A program made the position numbers and the translations under genes. DNA of 61,327 nt, the filler included. It is 9 parts of 9 records of this genome, joined end to end, with 100 filler letters (N's around TTAATTAATTAA, not from the genome) between each part and the next. Parts side by side here need not be neighbours in the genome. Positions count along the whole stretch, not along the records: positions 21,627 to 29,171 come from SRR31156797_67285; positions 29,272 to 37,407 come from SRR31156797_67309; positions 37,508 to 43,382 come from SRR31156797_67310; 6 more parts are not named here. The stretch is one strand, 5' to 3'. Positions 28,613 through 39,017 of this stretch are shown here, in pieces; position 1 is the stretch's first letter; the number at the start of each line of letters is the position of its first letter. Below the pieces are notes generated by a model. It was not told the origin of the DNA. It saw only the letters and a list, made by a program, of their open reading frames with translations, and did not search any database.

Positions 28613-29171
28613 TTAGGCCTTGGGAATAAATTCCGGTTCGGTCACGGCCAGGACTGCATAGCCGCCCTGGATGTTTTTGACCCGGTCATATCCCTGTTGG
28701 TTGAGAAATACCTGGCATTCATAGGACCTGGCACCGGTGCCGCAGAGCAGATAGAGGTCCTCGTCCCTGGGAAGCTCTTCAAACCGGTCCCTGAGTTCTT
28801 CCTGGGGCATGCTGATCCACCTTGATTTTCCGTACCGGTCCATAAAGGGCTCGGCTTCGGACAGGCTTCTTAAATCCACCACCTTGATTTCTTCCTTGCC
28901 AAAGAGTTCAATGAAATCCAGCATGTCAATGGGGGTGTTCCTGTTTTCAAGGATATTATCAAGGACATTGCCTGCATTGTTGATCACATCCATGGCCGAG
29001 GCAAACGGCGGGGCATAACCGGTTTCCAGGACACAGACATCATCCACGTCAATTCCGGTGTGAAGCAGGGGGGCAATGGCATCCACCCGGGCTTTGACCG
29101 CATCGGATTGTTCTCCGATGGCCTCCACACCGAGAATCTTACGGGTGGCCCGGTCGGCAATGAGCTGGATG
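28613..29171 (-). CDS. FAD-dependent CoA-disulfide/persulfide reductase-like protein, dimerisation and rhodanese domains (5'-truncated)
   Basis: LETGYAPPFASAMD, VVDLR, LCGTGARS and NIQGGY motifs. Confidence 0.85.
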
Positions 29172-29271
29172 NNNNNNNNNNNNNNNNNNNNNNNNNNNNN
29201 NNNNNNNNNNNNNNNTTAATTAATTAANNNNNNNNNNNNNNNNNNNNNNNNNNNNNNNNNNNNNNNNNNNN
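29172..29271. other. Artificial contig linker
   Basis: N-run, TTAATTAATTAA, N-run. Confidence 0.99.
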
Positions 29272-29997
29272 GAAACGAACAACGACATGACATCCATCAG
29301 GACAAGAAGTGCACTTCAAAACGCATTCTTCCTGCTCTACAACGATGTCAAATGGTACCAGAGAAGAGGCGGAAGCGCAGTGCTTTACGACGTTCTTGAC
29401 ACATGGGTACGCCTGATGGCACCATTCACCCCGCATATCTGTGAAGAGATATGGACCAAGATGGGACATGGTGAAGGAGACTTCGTATCCAATGCAGCAT
29501 ATCCTATTTTCTGCCCAATTCACATAGACAATGATGCAGAACTGGCAGAAGAGCTCATGTGCAGCACACTTTCGGACATAGAGGAGATAATCAAGGTCAC
29601 AAAAATAACACCTAAGATGGTAGCTCTTTACACCGCACCCCAGTGGAAGATAAATGCTTTCAAGATGGCACTTGAGATGAAAAACAATGATGAGCTCAAT
29701 CCCGGCAAGCTCATCAAAACCCTGATGTCAGACCCTGAGAACCGTAAATTCGGCAAGGAGATTCCAAAGTATGTCCAGAAACTTGTTCCTGACATATCGA
29801 GCATGAAGACAGAAAGGTTCGAAATGATGCATGGAATGACCCTTGATGAGATGAACATTCTCAAGGAGAACATCGGCTGTCTTGCAAATGAGGTCGGATG
29901 TCCGATACAGGTATACAGTGCAGATGAACCGGAATATGACCCTGAGAAGAAATCGAAGTTTGCTGCTCCACTCAGACCTGCAATATATCTCGAGTAA
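29272..29997 (+). CDS. leuS: Archaeal leucyl-tRNA synthetase, C-terminal part (5'-truncated)
   Basis: RLMAPFTPHICEEIW anticodon-binding domain; YDPEKKSKFAAPLRPAIYLE archaeal LeuRS C-terminus. Confidence 0.9.
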   Translation, partial: ETNNDMTSIRTRSALQNAFFLLYNDVKWYQRRGGSAVLYDVLDTWVRLMAPFTPHICEEIWTKMGHGEGDFVSNAAYPIFCPIHIDNDAELAEELMCSTLSDIEEIIKVTKITPKMVALYTAPQWKINAFKMALEMKNNDELNPGKLIKTLMSDPENRKFGKEIPKYVQKLVPDISSMKTERFEMMHGMTLDEMNILKENIGCLANEVGCPIQVYSADEPEYDPEKKSKFAAPLRPAIYLE

Positions 29998-30172
29998 CTT
30001 CATAACATGTTTTGCTGGCCTGAAGCCAGCTTTCTTTTTTTATTTTTTTAGTTGCACCTGGATCAAATGCCTGTTTTTGATTATTTTGCGGCGATAAATA
30101 TAAATTAGTAGCGAATAAAATATGAACTAACAAATCAGGATTATATTTATCGAATAAACGGGTGAATCAACA

Positions 30173-31828
30173 ATTCAGGAACACAGCAGAAATATACATA
30201 CGCGTAGAATCCTTAAAGTCCTCATTGTCGTCATATTTTTTGCTTCTTTACTGATCTCCTGTGCCAGTGCAAAAGAGATCAGGGTAGGAGTATACCAGAA
30301 CGAGCCACTCATAACACTGAATGAGGACGGAACAGCCGAAGGCCTGTATATTGAAATATTAAAGAACGTCGCCTCAAAGGAAGGATGGGAACTGGAATAT
30401 GTGCCCGGCACCCTGGACGAATCCCTTAAAAGACTCGAAAGTGGTGACATTGATATCCTGCCGGCTGTGCCTTACACACCTGAAATGGATGAAAGATACC
30501 TGCTGACAACTGAAACAGTATTTACCGATTGGGGAGTTGTCTATACATATTCAGATTCGGACATCAGCTCCATGAGTGACCTTGGCGGATTGAAAATAGC
30601 CTACTACGATGACATATTTTTTGATAGTTTTAGTGCGAGTCCGGGAAGTTCAAATGTAAACTATACCTTCATAAAAGGTCAAAATTATATGGAAGTGTTC
30701 CAGCTGGTGCACAGCAAAGAAGCTGACGCAGGAATAATTGCAAGGTCATACGGTGACAGACATGAATCAGAGTATGCTGTTGAAAAGATAGCTTTTGTAA
30801 TATCTCCTACGGACATGGTTTTTGCACTCCCTAAAAATACAGATCAGAATGTCTCCCTGCTAATCGATGAGGATATCCGCCAGATGATTATCGAAAACGG
30901 AACTGTACACTATATCATACCGGAAGAGAATGAACCTGGCCTTAATACATGGGAAAGCCCTTCGTGGCTAAAACTCTCAGTGGGGATCGGTGGTGGATTC
31001 CTTTTATTATTCGTCATTCTGAGTTTAGTCCTGAGGGATAAGGTTGAAGAAAAGACCTATGAACTGAATTCAAAAAACAGGGAACTTGAAGTAGAAATCA
31101 GGGAAAGGAAGATTGCTGAGGAAAAACTGAAGCAGTATTCCCTTGATCTGAGGAATTCAAATGAACTTAAGGATCTCTTTACTGACATACTACGACATGA
31201 CCTGATAAATCCGGCAACGGTTATCAAGGGATATGTAGAATACCTCATGGAAATTGAGGCAGAAGAGCAAAAGAAAGTAGCTATCAGGGCAATCGAAAGA
31301 AACAATACGAAACTTATCAGCCTTATAGAAAATGCTGCAAACCTGGCTAAGCTTGAGAGTGTTGATGAGTTTGAGTTCAAAACACTTGATTTAAAAGAAA
31401 TCATTGAAGAAGTGATTGAGAACTTAAGGCCAAAAATGAATGAAAAGGAAATCACTACAGACTTTAGCCAGACAGGCAAATATCCGGCTGACGTAAATGC
31501 AACAATAGAGGATGTCTTTTCAAACCTGATAGGAAATTCCATCAAATATAGTCCGCCAGGAACGGTAATCACCATTAGTATAGAGGATGCAAAGGATGTC
31601 TGGGAAGTATTCATTACAGACCAGGGAGAAGGCATACCTGATAAGGATAAACCATACATCTTTGACAGGTTCAAGAGAGTACATAAAGTAAACGTGAAAG
31701 GATCAGGACTTGGACTTGCCATTGTCAAACGAATAATGGATCTTCACGGAGGAGCTGTTGTTGTCATGGATGGACCTGACGGAAAAGGAACCACTTTTAA
31801 AATCGTCCTGAAAAAAGAAATGATATGA
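30173..31828 (+). CDS. Sensor histidine kinase with extracellular solute-binding (PBP-type) domain; probable ATT start
   Basis: Frame open from 30158 with a signal/TM and IRVGVYQNEP upstream of the ORF-track start; DILRHDL H-box, NLIGNSIKY, DQGEGI and GSGLGL. Confidence 0.85.
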   Translation: MQEHSRNIHTRRILKVLIVVIFFASLLISCASAKEIRVGVYQNEPLITLNEDGTAEGLYIEILKNVASKEGWELEYVPGTLDESLKRLESGDIDILPAVPYTPEMDERYLLTTETVFTDWGVVYTYSDSDISSMSDLGGLKIAYYDDIFFDSFSASPGSSNVNYTFIKGQNYMEVFQLVHSKEADAGIIARSYGDRHESEYAVEKIAFVISPTDMVFALPKNTDQNVSLLIDEDIRQMIIENGTVHYIIPEENEPGLNTWESPSWLKLSVGIGGGFLLLFVILSLVLRDKVEEKTYELNSKNRELEVEIRERKIAEEKLKQYSLDLRNSNELKDLFTDILRHDLINPATVIKGYVEYLMEIEAEEQKKVAIRAIERNNTKLISLIENAANLAKLESVDEFEFKTLDLKEIIEEVIENLRPKMNEKEITTDFSQTGKYPADVNATIEDVFSNLIGNSIKYSPPGTVITISIEDAKDVWEVFITDQGEGIPDKDKPYIFDRFKRVHKVNVKGSGLGLAIVKRIMDLHGGAVVVMDGPDGKGTTFKIVLKKEMI

Positions 31829-31845
31829 AGACTAGCTGAAAAGGA

Positions 31846-32646
31846 TCAATAAATATTCGGCCTTCTGTCATCAAAAACAGGAATTTCCATTCTTATTTTC
31901 GAAGTTTTCCCAAGCTCAATTTCATGACAGATTATAGAGGCAATTGTCCCTATTTCTGTTTTAATTTCACCAAGACAGTCAACAATCATGGAGCCGCCGA
32001 AAAAATAGGAATCCGGACTGTTCCCCACCCTGTTACATGCAATGTGAGGAATCTGGTTCTCAATCGCCCTGGCTATTACAAGCGACTTCCATATGTGTCC
32101 ACGTGGAGCAGGAAATTCTGCTATTGTCACCAAGATGTCAGAGCCTTCAAGAGCAAGTTTTCTTGCTACCTCAGGAAAACGCAGTTCATAACATATCTGG
32201 AGACCAATTGTAAGCTGTCTCTTTTTCAACTTTACCGGATAAATTCCGTCCCCTGAAAAGAAATACTGCTTTTCTTTTTTGAATGGATGAGCTTTGCGAT
32301 AGGTTCCTGATATTTCCCCGTCTTCAACACAAACACCAAGATTGTAATACCTAGCACCATCCGAAGTAATCATTTTTTCTATAATGGAAAAGATAAGAAC
32401 ACATCCATTATCTCTTGAAAACTCACGCATCCTGTTTACAGTATAACCATTCTCATCTTCAGCACATTTTTCCATATGCTCATAACAAAAACCTGTGGAG
32501 AATACTTCAGGAAATACAAGTAACTCAGCACCTTTTAAAACAGCATCTTTTGCCATGCTGAGTGCTTTTGAGACATTTGCTTCCTTTTTACAATCCAGTA
32601 TGTCCATCTGGATACAGGCTGCTTTAATTGAGTTCATGAAGGACAA
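31846..32646 (-). CDS. Carbon-nitrogen hydrolase (nitrilase family amidase)
   Basis: FPE, YRKAH and ICYELRFPE catalytic triad; ARAIEN. Confidence 0.9.
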   Translation of the reverse strand: MSFMNSIKAACIQMDILDCKKEANVSKALSMAKDAVLKGAELLVFPEVFSTGFCYEHMEKCAEDENGYTVNRMREFSRDNGCVLIFSIIEKMITSDGARYYNLGVCVEDGEISGTYRKAHPFKKEKQYFFSGDGIYPVKLKKRQLTIGLQICYELRFPEVARKLALEGSDILVTIAEFPAPRGHIWKSLVIARAIENQIPHIACNRVGNSPDSYFFGGSMIVDCLGEIKTEIGTIASIICHEIELGKTSKIRMEIPVFDDRRPNIY

Positions 32647-32666
32647 ATCACTTTTTTTGATTTTAA

Positions 32667-33059
32667 TTAGTCGACTATTGGCTTGATATCAAGCACCGGA
32701 GTATTGTTCAAAGCATCAAGACCTTTTACGTGGAGGACATTGCCTTCAACTTTCAAAAGATCTACAACCGTAACACCGATCCCATTTGGACGATTGGGGC
32801 TCCTTGAAGCAAAAACACCTGCCTCCTTACCATCATACCTACGTTTCTGCACCAAGCTGAAACCTTTTGACAGGTTGAAGAAAAAAAGAACCTGTAGCTT
32901 TTCAAAATCCCCGATCCTGAATAAACTTTCTTCAAATTCCTTTTTAAGAATAATACGGGATTCCTGGTATTTCATTTCCCTTGCAGCTTCAGGTTCAAGA
33001 ATACTATTATGAACGTAGCCTATTGCTTGCATCTGGATAATGTCATTGTTTTCAGACAT
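32667..33059 (-). CDS. tsaA: TrmO/TsaA family SAM-binding protein (short archaeal form)
   Basis: GVFASRSPNRPNGIG and GLDALNNTPVLDIKP; GGTGA RBS before ATG 33059. Confidence 0.85.
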   Translation of the reverse strand: MSENNDIIQMQAIGYVHNSILEPEAAREMKYQESRIILKKEFEESLFRIGDFEKLQVLFFFNLSKGFSLVQKRRYDGKEAGVFASRSPNRPNGIGVTVVDLLKVEGNVLHVKGLDALNNTPVLDIKPIVD

Positions 33060-33088
33060 GAAATTCACCTATAGGTTTAAAATCGAAG

Positions 33089-33700
33089 TTATCCAAAGTC
33101 TTCCAGAGAAGTAGACTTTGTTTTTGGAATCAGGCCACCAAGGTCAACAGAGCTCCTTATTATCTTTAAAAGAATACAATTTGAATTCTTGATAATACCC
33201 GCACTCACGTTTTCCAGCTCATAAGCCGGTTCCCCTGAAGAAACTTTTATTTTAGTAATACCTGCTGCATATTCTTTGGGATTCTTATCGCTTTGCACAA
33301 GGGTACAACCAGGTGATGCCAGGTATTCTGTCAGGCTTTTGGAACTTAAGCCCATCTTTGTAAATTCTTCCTTAAATACAGGCCGTTCCAGAGTTTTTGA
33401 CAACACATAAGCTGCAACCGGAATCATTAAAGAAGAGTCAACTGATTTTATGTGCAAAGAGATGAGCGAATAAATATCTTCATTATCACTTTGGTCAGCC
33501 TCAACTATGCTGTATACCTTGGATGGAGGAATTTCAACCTCATTTAGTTTTTTCAAATCCTTAAGTGCCCTGAGATAGCCCGTCATAACAAGGCGATGTT
33601 CATCTATTCCCTTATCCTTCAATTCACGTGTAACTCCACTAATAGACAGTTGCCGGCCTTTTAGAATTTCAGTGATTAGCTGATAGATATTGTCGGACAT
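33089..33700 (-). CDS. Hypothetical archaeal protein with probable N-terminal winged HTH
   Basis: LSISGVTRELK..HRLVMTGYLRAL.D...L.E.EIPPSKVY resembles a wHTH. Confidence 0.65.
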   Translation of the reverse strand: MSDNIYQLITEILKGRQLSISGVTRELKDKGIDEHRLVMTGYLRALKDLKKLNEVEIPPSKVYSIVEADQSDNEDIYSLISLHIKSVDSSLMIPVAAYVLSKTLERPVFKEEFTKMGLSSKSLTEYLASPGCTLVQSDKNPKEYAAGITKIKVSSGEPAYELENVSAGIIKNSNCILLKIIRSSVDLGGLIPKTKSTSLEDFG

Positions 33701-34235
33701 AGTAACCACATCATGATTGATAACAAACCTGATAAATGTGCCGGTACTTCTAAAATAAAATGAGGATATTACGTATATACAGGTAGATTTAAAAGCAATA
33801 ATGACGTTATTTATGTCCCTCACAATATGATGGAATACATAATTAATAATTTACAATAATATTAATCGGCTGGAAAGGAGATTTCCTGTTCGTTTGAACA
33901 TGGCAAACTCCCATATGTATGATCATTCCATTGAATGCGATTTTACTTGAAATAAAAAAGCGTATCCAGGAACATTTGAAAGTCATTAATATTACAAACA
34001 CCATATATCATATAGCTAAAGTTGGATCTCACCCATCTTTTGTGATGTCTTCAGGATGAATGAAGGCAAACCTATTTCAAAACAATGCGAAATCACAACA
34101 CCTTTATTAAGTTAAACCTCAATATAATAGGTACTAAAATAGACAATAAGCTGGCACTGTGTGCCCGCATGAACGAGGAAAGAAGTTCAAATATGGCTAT
34201 TTATACCAGGTCCGTTACACAGACGAGGTAATTAG

Positions 34236-34751
34236 ATGAGTAAACGAACAAGAATTATCAATGACCCCTCCGAACTCGTACCTCTGCTACAGGTTTTTGG
34301 ATCAAACAGGCACAAAAAAGTGTTTGACTCACTTTTAAACCTTTGGATGACAAAGGAAGATCTTGAGGATCTGTTAGGTACGGACGTTACTAAAAGTATA
34401 AACATACTCAAAAAAAGTGGTTTAATCGAAAGCCAATGGCATATGCCAGAACCTGGCAAGACACCTGAAAAAGAGTATCGTACATCCTATTCAAAAGTGC
34501 AGACCAATTTCCAGTGCTCTTTTGAAGATATGAGTGACATCATTATGCTTACTTTCATGCCTTATGAAGAAGTAAAAGATGCCATAGAAGAACTTGAAAA
34601 ACTGGTCGAGCAGGGAAATGATTCAATGAGTAGTCTTACAAGAGCATTGAATAAGAGCCCACTATACATTCGTGCAGTTGCCCGCAGATCTGATAAGCTT
34701 ACGGTCATGGGACAGAGACTCAAGGTGCTTCAGGATGGCGAGGTAGAATGA
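34236..34751 (+). CDS. Archaeal ArsR-like transcriptional regulator
   Basis: GAGGT RBS; IINDPSELVPLL..F and LKKSGLIESQW.MPEPGKTPEKEY..SY wHTH motif. Confidence 0.75.
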   Translation: MSKRTRIINDPSELVPLLQVFGSNRHKKVFDSLLNLWMTKEDLEDLLGTDVTKSINILKKSGLIESQWHMPEPGKTPEKEYRTSYSKVQTNFQCSFEDMSDIIMLTFMPYEEVKDAIEELEKLVEQGNDSMSSLTRALNKSPLYIRAVARRSDKLTVMGQRLKVLQDGEVE

Positions 34752-35536
34752 TAGAACTTCTTCATAGTAAGAGTGGTATTACAAAATTTCAAATCCTGAT
34801 AGAAGTGGCTGCGCACCAGCCAAATGTACGACAAAAAGAAATTGCTGAAAAAATAGGCGTTACACCACAGGCAGTATCCGAATATATCAAGGAACTTGTC
34901 TCTGAAGGCCACATATATTCAGAAGGAAGGGTTCGCTACAGAATCACAAAGCAGGGTGTTGAATGGGTACTTGAAAATGCAGCAGATATGAAGAGATATG
35001 CACGCTACGTTATGAGCGATATCATAAGCCATGTCTCTACCTGGACTGCAATTGCCAGGGAAGACCTTGAACAGGGAAAGGAAGTCTACCTTCAAATGAA
35101 TAACGGCCTGCTATATGTCAGCACAACAGATGTGACAAATGCAACAGGAACTACAATATCAAGCGCAAAGAAAGGCGATGATGTAGGAGTTACCGACCTG
35201 ATGGGACTTATTGACCTTGAGAATGCAAGCATCACAGTCTGCAGGATTCCAAGGGTTGAACGTGGAGGCTCCCATAATGTTGATGTCGAGCGCCTGAGAT
35301 CACTTGCAAAATCCAAATCATATATTGCAACCGTAGGGGTTGAATCACTTATATCCCTGAGAAGGATCGGACTTGAACCTCATGTGATGTTCGGTGCGAA
35401 AGAATCAGTCATAGAAGCAGCATACCATGGAGTATCCTCGCTTGTTCTTGCAATTGATGAAGAAGTACCAACAATTCTTAGCAGACTCGAGGCTGAAGAC
35501 CTTGAATATGAGCTTGTGGACCTGAGTATTCAATAA
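34748..35536 (+). CDS. Winged-HTH transcriptional regulator with C-terminal domain of unknown function
   Basis: RQKEIAEKIGVTPQAVSEYIKELV..G..YRIT..G; ATGA overlap with the upstream gene. Confidence 0.82.
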   Translation: MIELLHSKSGITKFQILIEVAAHQPNVRQKEIAEKIGVTPQAVSEYIKELVSEGHIYSEGRVRYRITKQGVEWVLENAADMKRYARYVMSDIISHVSTWTAIAREDLEQGKEVYLQMNNGLLYVSTTDVTNATGTTISSAKKGDDVGVTDLMGLIDLENASITVCRIPRVERGGSHNVDVERLRSLAKSKSYIATVGVESLISLRRIGLEPHVMFGAKESVIEAAYHGVSSLVLAIDEEVPTILSRLEAEDLEYELVDLSIQ

Positions 35537-35551
35537 ACTAAAGATGATAGC

Positions 35552-36085
35552 ATGAAGTTAATTCTGATATCTGACACCCATCTGGAAATCGATAGTATTC
35601 CAGCATATCTTTCTGATCTTTTTGAGAAGTACGACCTGATAGTTCATGCAGGGGATTTTGATTCGCTGCCTTTTTACAGGGCAATGGAGGCCACCGGCAA
35701 GCTCAGAGCCGTACATGGAAACTCAGATGAACCTGCTGTAAAGGAGCTGATACCTGAAAAACTGGTTTTTGAGGTTGAAGGAGTGAAGATAGGCGTTATC
35801 CATGAAGCTTCACTGTCTATTGTTGACAATACGGCAAGCAGATATATGGCACTTGAAATGGGCGTAGACGTACTTGTGTTCGGACACCTTCACAGACCCA
35901 TCATTGAAAAAAGTGATGTACTTATTATTTGTCCGGGTTCACCTAACAAACCAAGAATGTCTGACCCCTGTGCAGTCGAACTGAATATTGAAAACGGGTC
36001 CGTAACAACTAATATTGTCCCCATTACCGGCCAATCCTGCGGATATATTGACTATTCCCGCAAACTTGGTGAAAATAACGACTGA
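35552..36085 (+). CDS. YfcE/MJ0936-type metallophosphoesterase
   Basis: ISDTH, HAGD, VHGNSD, FGHLH and PGS motifs. Confidence 0.88.
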   Translation: MKLILISDTHLEIDSIPAYLSDLFEKYDLIVHAGDFDSLPFYRAMEATGKLRAVHGNSDEPAVKELIPEKLVFEVEGVKIGVIHEASLSIVDNTASRYMALEMGVDVLVFGHLHRPIIEKSDVLIICPGSPNKPRMSDPCAVELNIENGSVTTNIVPITGQSCGYIDYSRKLGENND

Positions 36086-36090
36086 TCCAT

Positions 36091-36321
36091 TTACTTTCCG
36101 TTCACAGTTTCTGTCTTGAACATAACGCCTGTGCCTTTTAGTGTCATCTGGATCTTGTCACTGAATGCAAGTATATCATCCAGATTTACTTTGTCACCCC
36201 AGTCATAGACATAATCATAGTTCCCCTGTACCGGCTGGAATCCAAGGGACATCAGACTCCTGTCCACATCTGAAGGCATGGCGCCATCGCTGTTGAACCA
36301 GAGCACAAGATAGGTTTTCAT
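36091..36321 (-). CDS. Small hypothetical archaeal protein
   Basis: AGGTG RBS; 76-aa protein-like ORF (MKTYL..WFNSDGA.PS). Confidence 0.7.
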   Translation of the reverse strand: MKTYLVLWFNSDGAMPSDVDRSLMSLGFQPVQGNYDYVYDWGDKVNLDDILAFSDKIQMTLKGTGVMFKTETVNGK

Positions 36322-36424
36322 ATCATTTACACCTGCACATTTACAACGCAGGTGTTACTTATGGTACTTTTGGTTGAGTAAAAAAGAAAGGGCATTAAAT
36401 ACCCTTTGATTTATTTTAAAATGG

Positions 36425-36991
36425 TTAGAATGTTTCTTTTAAGGATTTTAAGGCCTGTGAAACCATTTCAGAATAGTGCTTCACATCCGGATTATAGTAT
36501 TCCTTTGCCTTCTGTGCATTGGCAGATGCATCATCAATTGTCTTTATCCTTTCAAGAGTGCATTTTGCGGTTTCCAGTACCCACATATCCCTTGTCTGCC
36601 CGTCTACTATGTAGAGAGATTCGGGACGTACGGAAGTCAGGACATCACCCTCACCTGTGGTATATGTACTTGGTTTGCCCACCACAGCAACAAATGCCGG
36701 TGTTTCACACTCAGCAAGCACCTGGGCTGCTTCAGGCTGGTATTGTCCTGCATATATTAGGAAAGAACCAGTTGGATCTGTAACACGACCACGCCAGTAC
36801 TCAGAGTCTGTACCTATGTCCTCCTTTTCGATCAGTGTTCCCACGATAAATACACGGTTTATCTTTGCACCTGTAGGTGTGAGAAGATACTGAGGAGCAT
36901 ACTGGTCGTCCCCATCCTTAAAACTTAAATTTGATTCCCTGAACTCCTGGGCAAAGACTCTCCTGGCAACTTCCCTTGTGTATCCAGACAT
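36425..36991 (-). CDS. RPA-associated OB-fold protein (RPAP / RPA32-like)
   Basis: REVARRVFA.E, LLTPTGA..NRVFIVG and DPTG.F..YAGQYQP; directly downstream of RPA. Confidence 0.85.
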   Translation of the reverse strand: MSGYTREVARRVFAQEFRESNLSFKDGDDQYAPQYLLTPTGAKINRVFIVGTLIEKEDIGTDSEYWRGRVTDPTGSFLIYAGQYQPEAAQVLAECETPAFVAVVGKPSTYTTGEGDVLTSVRPESLYIVDGQTRDMWVLETAKCTLERIKTIDDASANAQKAKEYYNPDVKHYSEMVSQALKSLKETF

Positions 36992-37407
36992 TTAGACCAC
37001 CTCTGCTGCAGCAATAAGCTCATCCAGTTCGGATGCATCATATGAGAATACAGAAACTATGGAATCAACAAGCAAATACCGGTCTATGCGGGAACCGCTC
37101 AACTTGTAGTATTTACCTACCAGCGATTTCTTCATCTGCTCAAGAACAACTCCCTGATCAAGAGCATCTGCAGCCATAGCAACAGCATTTTCCAGTGTTA
37201 TACCGGTGATTTCCTCGACCTGGTCCCTTTTAAGTATGGCATCCTGTACCAAAACACCATCATCCATTACTGCTTTGATGCGAAGATCATAGACACCATC
37301 CACCTTGCCATGCTCCATGCAGGCTCCTTTTGTAAGTGCCCTGTTACACTCCGGACATCTTTTGATAAGACCTGAGCCGGACTGTATGTCCACCATTGCA
37401 CCCATAA
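36992..37407 (-). CDS. Replication protein A (euryarchaeal Zn-finger type), C-terminal part (5'-truncated)
   Basis: GSGLIKRCPECNRAL..GAC.EHG..DLRIKAV.DDG (CxxC-x8-CxxH). Confidence 0.87.
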
Positions 37408-37507
37408 NNNNNNNNNNNNNNNNNNNNNNNNNNNNNNNNNNNNNNNNNNNNTTAATTAATTAANNNNNNNNNNNNNNNNNNNNNNNNNNNNNNNNNNNNN
37501 NNNNNNN
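37408..37507. other. Artificial contig linker
   Basis: N-run, TTAATTAATTAA, N-run. Confidence 0.99.
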
Positions 37508-37623
37508 TTTTTCATTCTGTTTGAACTGAATCAAGGAGCATCCGCTCTTTATATGGGATTTCAATCTGTTTTGTTTTTGGGAATCACGAAACTGCAAACG
37601 CCAATGACAACAGGGAGGTTGGT

Positions 37624-38907
37624 ATGGAAAAAAAAGGGATTACCAGGAGGGATTTCGTAAAGGCGGGCATGGTGACCGCTGCCGCCGCTGCCTTGGGAGC
37701 GGGGACGGTAAAACCGACGGGGGTGTGGGCTGCAACGCCGTCCGTGAAAGGTCCCGTCAAGGTGGGATACCAGGCCATCATGTCGGGAGCACTTGCAGGT
37801 TATGGTGAATTCCACAAGATGGGCGCGGTGATGGCCATGGAAGAGATCAATGCCGCAGGCGGCATTGCCGGCGTTAAGCTGGACATCCAGTTTCGGGATT
37901 CTACCCTGAAAAAACCCCAGGCCATCAAAAATGCCCGCTATTTCGTGGACAGCTGGGGGGCCGATTTTCTGGCGGGGGTCGATTCCTCGGGACAGGCCCT
38001 GGCCTTGGCACCGGTCATGAAGGAGTTGGATCGCATCCTCATGGTGACCCATGCCGCAACGGAAAAGCTAACGGAACAGCAGGTGTACAAGAACGGCATC
38101 AAACAGATTTTCCGCATCTGTACCCCCACCTACCAGGATGGAAATGCCGCGGCCTTTGTGGCCAAGGATCTGCCGGTGAAGACCTGGGCAACCATCAGCC
38201 CCAAGTATGAATACGGCTACACCTGCTGGAAAATGTTCAAGAACACCCTCGGCAAACTGAAACCGGATACAAAATTCATCGCCGAATCATGGGCCCCCTT
38301 CGGCACCACCGACTTCAGGCCCCATATCAACACCATCATGGATGCGGCCCCCGAAGGTTTCTATTCCACCGAGTGGGCCGGCGAACTCATCACCTTTATC
38401 AAGCAGGCAAAACAGGCCGGCATGTTTGACAAGATCAAACACGTGATGCTCCCGGTGGGTGCCGCCATGGACGTTCTGGAAGGGCTGGGGAAGGAAATGC
38501 CGGACAATATCTGGATCTCCGGGCGCTATTTCTTCCAGTACCCGGAAACCCATATGAACCGGGACTGGGTGGCCAGATTCCGAAAACGCTGGAAACATTA
38601 TCCCGCCTATGTGTCTGAAACAGGTTACTCCACCATGTATGCTTTTAAAAAGGCGGTGGAAATGGCTGGCAGCAAGGATACGGCCAAAGTCATCGATGCC
38701 ATGGCCGGGATGATGCTCCCGTCCCCCGCGGGATACCGGAATTTCAGAAAGGAAGACCATCAGGCCATGTATGACGTCCCCTGGGGTCTGACCCGAACGG
38801 ATGCCCAATATCCTTTCAAGGTCATGGGGAAAAAGGTACTGGTTCCGGCCAAGGAATGCTTTAATCGGCCGCCCTTTGAAGGCCCGGAAACGACGCCGCC
38901 CTTCTGA
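37624..38907 (+). CDS. Liv/HAAT family ABC transporter substrate-binding protein, Tat-exported
   Basis: TRRDFVK Tat signal; EEINAAGGIAG type I periplasmic binding fold; head of the operon. Confidence 0.9.
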   Translation: MEKKGITRRDFVKAGMVTAAAAALGAGTVKPTGVWAATPSVKGPVKVGYQAIMSGALAGYGEFHKMGAVMAMEEINAAGGIAGVKLDIQFRDSTLKKPQAIKNARYFVDSWGADFLAGVDSSGQALALAPVMKELDRILMVTHAATEKLTEQQVYKNGIKQIFRICTPTYQDGNAAAFVAKDLPVKTWATISPKYEYGYTCWKMFKNTLGKLKPDTKFIAESWAPFGTTDFRPHINTIMDAAPEGFYSTEWAGELITFIKQAKQAGMFDKIKHVMLPVGAAMDVLEGLGKEMPDNIWISGRYFFQYPETHMNRDWVARFRKRWKHYPAYVSETGYSTMYAFKKAVEMAGSKDTAKVIDAMAGMMLPSPAGYRNFRKEDHQAMYDVPWGLTRTDAQYPFKVMGKKVLVPAKECFNRPPFEGPETTPPF

Positions 38908-39017
38908 TTGCACATTGAATCATGACCATGATTGATATCTCTGCCTGATTTGCCCGGTCACCGGGGGCAGGCAGGGTTTTATGGTCCGTTGATCTGTTTC
39001 TCTGGAGGACGAATCAC

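Noticed and set aside
1718..33059. Two tsaA/trmO homologs in one window
   Set aside because: They lie on different contigs (one bacterial, one archaeal), so the co-occurrence is coincidental.
29272..37407. Pyrrolysine (TAG) read-through in the Methanosarcinaceae segment
   Set aside because: No gene appears interrupted by an in-frame TAG, and the proteins end at plausible family C-termini.
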